This document shows, in pieces, positions 58,566 to 64,000 of a DNA stretch of 64,000 bases (position 1 is its first letter; each line of letters opens with the position of its first letter). The notes beneath the pieces were generated by a model, which saw only the letters and a list, made by a program, of their open reading frames with translations, was not told the DNA's origin and made no database searches. The DNA is from an uncultured Heliobacteriaceae bacterium (GTDB taxonomy: Bacteria > Acidobacteriota > Blastocatellia > RBC074): positions 89-64,088 of the forward strand of contig CAZWAK010000015.1 of assembly GCA_964631865.1 (NCBI GenBank). Direction: 5' to 3'. The position numbers and the translations under genes are program-made.

Positions 58566-59801
58566 ATGAGTTTACTTAGGAAGTGTATTCAGGGAATCAA
58601 AGATGCCTGGATAATAGTGGGTATTGCGTTAGGATTGTTCATATTCACAGAGCTAGGGCTTTCACTTGCTTTTTACCTCAAAGACTCTTGGTCTCCGCCT
58701 GTTCCGAACTTTCGCCGGGACGCGGATACTTATTCTGATCGGGCCTGGGCCATACGTTATTATCAGGAGATTGACGAAATTGAAAAAGGCCGATCCATGC
58801 GATGGCACCCCTATACTTATTGGCGGCGCTCACCGCGCCAGGGAGAATTGATCAGTATTACGGCGGAAGGCCTGCGGAAAACTACGAATATTACAACGAC
58901 TACAACTCCAGCTACGAAGGTGTTTATGTTTGGCGGCTCTACTTTATGGGGGTTAGGGACAGAAGATAAAGAAACTATTCCTTCTCTTTTGGCTAAAGAA
59001 GCGAGCGATCAGGGCATAAACTGTGAAGTTGTTAATTATGGGCAATATGCTTATGTGAGTACGCAAGGGGTTGTCGAGTTGATGCGACAGCTTCAGCAAG
59101 GAAATATCCCGGATGTTGTTGTCTTCTACGATGGTACGAACGATACCTTTGGCGCTTTTCAACTTGGCCTCGCCGGTTTGCCGCACGATGAACATTACCG
59201 AGAGAAGGAGTTTGGACTGCTTAGAAGGCCAGAGCTATATCCTGCTGCTGCCCAGTCTGCGATCAGAAACTTAGCGACGATGCGCTTTTTGGATGGCGCA
59301 CTCAAGAAGATAGGGTTACGACATAACGACTTTCAGCCCGTTTCTATGGAATATGAAAAGCCTCTGGCGGATAAAAAAGTACTAGCTCGTGGGGTCGTTG
59401 AAACTTATCTTCAAAATGTGAGACTGGTACAGGCTCTGTCAAAATCCTATGGATTCAAATGTGTATTTTATTGGCAGCCTGTACTTTTTACCAAGCCACA
59501 TCTAACCGAGTATGAGCGTAAGTCTTTAGAAATGGACTTCAGTTTTCCAGGTATGAAAGAGTTTTACTTGGACACCTATAGAAACATCCAACAATGCTCT
59601 GTCGACTTAGAGAAAGAGATTGCGTTCCATGACATTAGTTTGATCTTTCAAGATACGCGGGAGCCGATTTATACAGACTTTAATCACATGGGCGATAAGG
59701 GAAACCGCGTCATCGCTAGAAGAATGATCCAGGATATGGAGCAACTCTTAACAAAAGTGGAGAGAGCAAAACCTGTTCAGCAGGGACTGGGGCGGGAGTA
59801 A
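58566..59801 (+). CDS. Membrane-anchored SGNH-like protein (paralog 2)
   Basis: N-terminal TM. Blocks FMFGGSTLWGLG and DFNHMGDKGN. GAGGA RBS before ATG 58566. Confidence 0.6.
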   Translation: MSLLRKCIQGIKDAWIIVGIALGLFIFTELGLSLAFYLKDSWSPPVPNFRRDADTYSDRAWAIRYYQEIDEIEKGRSMRWHPYTYWRRSPRQGELISITAEGLRKTTNITTTTTPATKVFMFGGSTLWGLGTEDKETIPSLLAKEASDQGINCEVVNYGQYAYVSTQGVVELMRQLQQGNIPDVVVFYDGTNDTFGAFQLGLAGLPHDEHYREKEFGLLRRPELYPAAAQSAIRNLATMRFLDGALKKIGLRHNDFQPVSMEYEKPLADKKVLARGVVETYLQNVRLVQALSKSYGFKCVFYWQPVLFTKPHLTEYERKSLEMDFSFPGMKEFYLDTYRNIQQCSVDLEKEIAFHDISLIFQDTREPIYTDFNHMGDKGNRVIARRMIQDMEQLLTKVERAKPVQQGLGRE

Positions 59802-59889
59802 TTAAGCTTGATTACCTAGCGATGGTGGGTTCTGAGCGAATTTGTATCTAATGGCCTAATAAACTCTTAAAAAGCGAGTGAGAGTCATA

Positions 59890-60948
59890 ATGAGAAAAGT
59901 AGTCAACCAAGTTACTTATATTTGTTTTATGGTGGGTCTTTCTCTTTTGTTATGCGAAGGTGTTATACGGGTATATTCGTGGCTATTTTTCCCCAAAATG
60001 ATGAAGATTGATCCGGCTTTGGGATGGTTTCATACAGTCAATGCACAGAAAAGTTTTACCAATGAAGAGCAGACTATCTTAATCGTTCATAATGCTGTGG
60101 GGCATCGGGGGCCTAATTACGAACCACAGAAAGCGCCAGGAAAACAACGGGTATTGGTGCTGGGAGACTCTTTTACCGAAGGGTCGCATGTAGGGGAAGG
60201 TGATCTGTTTTCGAATATAATTGCGAAGACGTATTCAGACCTTGAGGTAATGAATGCTGGGGTGGGGGGATATAGCTCGGTGCAAGAGTATCTTTACCTC
60301 AAACGAGAAGGATTAAGTTTTCAGCCAGACCTTGTTCTCCTACTCTTCTTTGAAAATGACTTACTGGAAAATTGCTTATCATCGGCTCCGGGGTTAGGCC
60401 CCAGGCCGTATGCTACGTTACAAGATGGACAATTGGTAATTCAGGAAACCCCTATACCCGGAGAGTGGGAGAAGTATGCGCTTCCTATCCCTTTTGCGGC
60501 GCAGCTCAATCAACACAGTCTTGCTTATAATTTTTTCAATTCTCGTGTCTATCAGGTATTGAGGGGATCATATCTCAATCGCCTGGAGCAAGAAGATTTT
60601 AGGCAAACTGATAACCTCCCCAGAGTAGAAATCATAAAGTTGATCTATCAGCAGATGCATCAGATATTGAAAGAGAGAGGGGGAAAGTTTGCCATAGGAT
60701 TAATTCCCAGTAGGGAAAATGCGCAAAGCGGCGTAGTAGGGGTTCAAGCTCCTTTGCTTTCCTTCTGCCAAGAAAAAGGTATTCCTTGTGTCTCGCTTAC
60801 CCCAGCACTCAAGGCCGAATATGATAGGGGGCGCAGGCCATATTTTCTGCACGACATTCATTGGAATAGCGTAGGGCACAAAGTAGCTGCGGAAGTGCTT
60901 GGGCCGTACGTGCGAGAGGTATTATCGCTTCCAACTATTACACCTTGA
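59890..60948 (+). CDS. Membrane-anchored SGNH-like protein (paralog 3)
   Basis: N-terminal TM. Blocks VLGDSFTEGSHV and DIHWNSVGH. Confidence 0.65.
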   Translation: MRKVVNQVTYICFMVGLSLLLCEGVIRVYSWLFFPKMMKIDPALGWFHTVNAQKSFTNEEQTILIVHNAVGHRGPNYEPQKAPGKQRVLVLGDSFTEGSHVGEGDLFSNIIAKTYSDLEVMNAGVGGYSSVQEYLYLKREGLSFQPDLVLLLFFENDLLENCLSSAPGLGPRPYATLQDGQLVIQETPIPGEWEKYALPIPFAAQLNQHSLAYNFFNSRVYQVLRGSYLNRLEQEDFRQTDNLPRVEIIKLIYQQMHQILKERGGKFAIGLIPSRENAQSGVVGVQAPLLSFCQEKGIPCVSLTPALKAEYDRGRRPYFLHDIHWNSVGHKVAAEVLGPYVREVLSLPTITP

Positions 60949-61130
60949 GCGGTGAAAGAGCCTACTTTGCCTAGACTAACCTTTAGTATAGTAGCTTTAC
61001 TGCCTCATATTACGGCGCTCATGTTTGATAAAGAATAGATTGTATTTCATACGAAGGTTTTTGCCGCCTGGTCGCTAGGTTGACAATAGTAATAATGGTA
61101 CTTATTTGAAAATGGTTCTGTAAACTATTT

Positions 61131-62333
61131 ATGAAAGCACTCAACATACAAAATCTATTCAAAGTTTTGTCCATCTGCTTCTCGCTGGTTATTGCTCTGG
61201 TGCTTTGCGAAGTGGTACTTAAACTTTGGTTTGGAACCACCCAAAGCCAGGGCTATTACTTTTGGCCACCCCGTTTGAGTGCGGTCTTCCAGCCAGTGCC
61301 GGAAATTATGCCGGGGATTACGGGCAATTCGCAGTTCATCGCCAATTCGGTGGGCATCAGAGGCGACGAACTTACGCCACAGCACACGCAGCGTATTCTG
61401 GCGATTGGCGCGAGCACCACACAATGCGCTTCGCTGGATCAAGCCGAGATGTGGACGCAGGTCTTACAAGGTAAACTGAACAGCCAGACGCAGGGACTGA
61501 GCGTTTGGGTTGGCAATGGGGGCGTGAGCGGACTAACTTCGAGAAATCATTTGGTTGCAATGCAGCATGTGCCCTTCAAGGAATGGAAGATCAACACCGT
61601 GATTATGTTGTTGGGGGTCAATGATTTCGTCAAACGTCTCTCCCACGATCAGGCTTACGACCCACATTTCCTGGACAAACCCGAAGCCGAGCGGGCTTTG
61701 CTGCTGGAAACGTTTACCGGAACGTATTCAGGGTTTGCGAATGATCCTTTCTACAAGCGGACGGCGCTCTGGCAACTCCTGCGCAAATCGAAGCGTCTCG
61801 TAGCGGCGGACTCTGGTTATCGCGAAGATAAAGACGGAAAGAATTTTGCTGTCTGGCGTAATCATCGGCAGCGGGCGGGCGAAATGCGGGAGACGCTGCC
61901 CGATCTGACGACGGCGCTGGAAGAGTATGCCCGCAATCTGAACCGCATCATTGACGTCGCTCAGCAGCAGTCTCTACGGATGATTTTTGTGACGCAGCCT
62001 AGTCTGTGGAAACCTGGCTTATCGCCTGAGTTGGAGGCGCTGTTGTGGTTAGGTGGAGTGGGCGATTTTCAGAAGGAGTTGGGCAAACCGTACTATTCGG
62101 CAGCGGCGCTGGAAAAGGGGATGACGGCGTATAACGAGACTTTGCTGCGGGTTTGTCGGGAGCGGCAAGTCGAGTGTTTCGATCTGGCTCCGAAGCTGCA
62201 AAAAGATACGACGGTGTTCTTTGATGATGTGCATTTCAATGAGAACGGCGCGCGGCTGGTCGCCGAGGAATTGTCTCGGTACCTGCTTGAGCGCAGCCCG
62301 TTTCGCGAGGCGCTCGCGGCGCATAAACAATAA
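61131..62333 (+). CDS. Membrane-anchored SGNH-like protein (paralog 4)
   Basis: N-terminal TM. Blocks AIGASTTQC, LGVNDF and DDVHFNENG. Confidence 0.65.
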   Translation: MKALNIQNLFKVLSICFSLVIALVLCEVVLKLWFGTTQSQGYYFWPPRLSAVFQPVPEIMPGITGNSQFIANSVGIRGDELTPQHTQRILAIGASTTQCASLDQAEMWTQVLQGKLNSQTQGLSVWVGNGGVSGLTSRNHLVAMQHVPFKEWKINTVIMLLGVNDFVKRLSHDQAYDPHFLDKPEAERALLLETFTGTYSGFANDPFYKRTALWQLLRKSKRLVAADSGYREDKDGKNFAVWRNHRQRAGEMRETLPDLTTALEEYARNLNRIIDVAQQQSLRMIFVTQPSLWKPGLSPELEALLWLGGVGDFQKELGKPYYSAAALEKGMTAYNETLLRVCRERQVECFDLAPKLQKDTTVFFDDVHFNENGARLVAEELSRYLLERSPFREALAAHKQ

Positions 62334-62339
62334 CGATCC

Positions 62340-63452
62340 ATGAACATTCGCTTTGCCGAAGAACAAGACCTTGCCGCCGTGGCCCGCTTCAACAGTCGTT
62401 TGAAGGCCGGGGGCCGCGAGGAGGAAATGCCTTTGGATCCGGCCTTGCCCGGCGAAGCGCGTTACCGCCCCGCAGGCTTTCCGTTGTATCGTCGTTTGAT
62501 TATTGCGGAGGATGGACAGGAAGTGCGCGCGGCGATGCTGCTGTGTCATCACAACGTTTTCATTCGTGGGGAAAGTCACGATTTCTATTGGACGAAAATG
62601 CCTTTGTCCGAGGGGATCGTCAATGCCAAATATTCGCTGGCGATCATCCACCTGATGAAAAAAGCGCTGGTGCATCACCCGTTTATGATGGGCGTGGGCG
62701 CAGGCACACCGGACTCGGACGGCTTCCGCTTGTTTGCCAGCCTGCGCTGGCGCTACGAAGCCGTGCCGTTTTTTTTCTTCCCCGTCCGCGTCGGCAAGGT
62801 TTTGCGGGGCTTGCGGTATTTGCAGAAAAGCGCCAAGCTGCGCTACGGTGCATTGCTCGGCGCGTACTCTGGTGCGGGCGCAGGCGTGAGCGGGTTGCTG
62901 GCCTTGCGGCGCAAGTTATTGACAAACTTGTCGGGGTATGAGACTTCGGTAGCCGAGACCTTTGCCGACTGGGCGGATGAGGTTTTTACGGCGGCCTTGC
63001 CGGAATACCCGGTGGCTGTTCGGTCGGACGCGGCGGCTTTGAATATCGTCTACCCGCCGGACGATCCGCGCTACATTCGGTTGCGCGTGCGGCGCAAAGG
63101 GCGAGAGGTGGGATGGATGGTTGTCGCCCGAAAACAGATGCAGAACAATCATTACTTCGGCGATTTGCAAGTCGGCACGTTGGTGGATGGGTTCGGACGT
63201 TCCGAAGAGGTGCCCGCCTTGATTGCGGCAGGTCTCAATCACCTGGTCGAAACCGGCGTGGACCTGATTGTGGCCAACTTTTCGCACGCGGCCTGGGCGG
63301 CGGCGTGTCGCCGGGTCGGGATGTTTGGGGGGCCGAGCAATTATCAAATTTTTGTCTCCCCACAAGGGCCGCCGCTGCTGGAAGCCGCTTGCCCGTTAGA
63401 CCAACTCCACATCGCGCGCGGGCACAGCGATGGCATGGATAACCTGATTTGA
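62340..63452 (+). CDS. GNAT-superfamily acyltransferase-like protein (370 aa, possibly tandem GNAT/FemAB-like folds)
   Basis: Weak GNAT-like blocks. Followed directly by another GNAT gene. Function inferred from context. Confidence 0.5.
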   Translation: MNIRFAEEQDLAAVARFNSRLKAGGREEEMPLDPALPGEARYRPAGFPLYRRLIIAEDGQEVRAAMLLCHHNVFIRGESHDFYWTKMPLSEGIVNAKYSLAIIHLMKKALVHHPFMMGVGAGTPDSDGFRLFASLRWRYEAVPFFFFPVRVGKVLRGLRYLQKSAKLRYGALLGAYSGAGAGVSGLLALRRKLLTNLSGYETSVAETFADWADEVFTAALPEYPVAVRSDAAALNIVYPPDDPRYIRLRVRRKGREVGWMVVARKQMQNNHYFGDLQVGTLVDGFGRSEEVPALIAAGLNHLVETGVDLIVANFSHAAWAAACRRVGMFGGPSNYQIFVSPQGPPLLEAACPLDQLHIARGHSDGMDNLI

Positions 63453-63470
63453 CGCTGCCAGGCGAACTAG

Positions 63471-64000
63471 CATGAAGCCCATCCGTCCTTTTGTGCGAGA
63501 CGATATTCCGCAGGTCGCAGACCTGCACCGCCGTGTCTTCAAGATCGGTGGCAAAGCTTTGCAGCAACCGATCTCAGCGCGTTTGGTGCAGGAATATGCG
63601 GATTACTTCGAGGCCATCTTTTTTCAGAATCCCTGGTACGACGACGCCTTTCCTTCGCTCGTCTCGCAAGACGCCACGGGGAAAGTCACAGGCTTTCTGG
63701 GGGTACTGCCGCGTTGGATGCACTGGCAGGGGCGACGCCTGTATGTCGCCATCAGCAGCCAGTTCATCGTCGAGCCAGATCAACGCGCGATGGGCGCGGG
63801 CGTAATGCTCTCGAAAGCCTTCCTTTCCGGGCCGCAAGACCTTTCGCTGACCGATGAAGCGAATGCCATCTCGCGCAAACTCTGGGAGGGATTGGGTGGT
63901 GTGACGTCGGTGTTCCACAGCCTGCATTGGACGCGGCTGTTGCGTCCCAGCCAATACGCGGTTTCGTTTCTCGCGTCAGGGCTGGGCGTGGAGAAGCTGG
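63471..64000 (+). CDS. GNAT-family acyltransferase (continues beyond the window)
   Basis: QRAMGAGVMLSKAF matches the Q/R-x-x-G-x-G/A acyl-CoA-binding motif. ORF still open at the window end. Confidence 0.55.

Noticed and set aside
47743-64000. Mobile element or genomic island boundaries (transposase, integrase, direct repeats) explaining the low-GC blocks
   Set aside because: No transposase, integrase, recombinase or tRNA-adjacent att-like repeats were found in the window. Compositional mosaicism is noted as a finding, but no mobile element can be called.

Overview
High-GC chromosomal segment, probably from an Acidobacteria (Solibacter/Bryobacter-like) genome. The organism call rests on the 45331-47742 protein, whose C-terminal ~215 aa look like the Solibacter-specific C-terminal domain family (recalled, not searched). 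Region 1-20.4 kb: the tail of an amino-sugar operon (Gfo/Idh/MocA oxidoreductase, DegT aminotransferase, CE4-deacetylase/GT2 fusion) and housekeeping genes. The housekeeping genes are a TPR-thioredoxin, a PRMT-like methyltransferase, an APC permease, RseP, tadA, two tRNA-Ser, a probable 4.5S/SRP RNA, dnaX-ybaB-recR followed by a DUF721/DciA-like gene, gatC-gatA and a TAT-exported lactonase. After a ~1 kb AT-richer non-coding gap, a >42 kb co-directional (+ strand) exopolysaccharide locus starts at 21.4 kb. It resembles exosortase/PEP-CTERM-type Eps loci: Wzz-like PCP, a degenerate BY-kinase-like ATPase, Wza-like exporter, HTH regulator, GT2, three GT4, four CE4 deacetylases, heparinase II/III-like protein, AlgD-like GDP-mannose dehydrogenase, Wzx, Wzy/O-antigen-ligase-like protein, PaaK-like ligase, DUF362, AsnB-type amidotransferase, and a secreted beta-helix protein. 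No exosortase or priming sugar transferase lies within the window. The distal part (48-64 kb) looks like a compositionally mosaic decoration module. It holds a stand-alone NRPS-type adenylation domain with a carrier protein, an Fmt-like formyltransferase, an LLM oxidoreductase and GNATs. It also holds two NodU-type carbamoyltransferases with an SxtJ/SxtK-like membrane pair, and four paralogous membrane-anchored SGNH proteins. An 86-bp heptanucleotide palindromic array sits immediately upstream of the first carbamoyltransferase. The carrier-protein-dependent decoration cassette is the most likely undescribed system. No transposase, integrase or CRISPR array was seen. Many long antisense ORFs in the six-frame track are high-GC artefacts.
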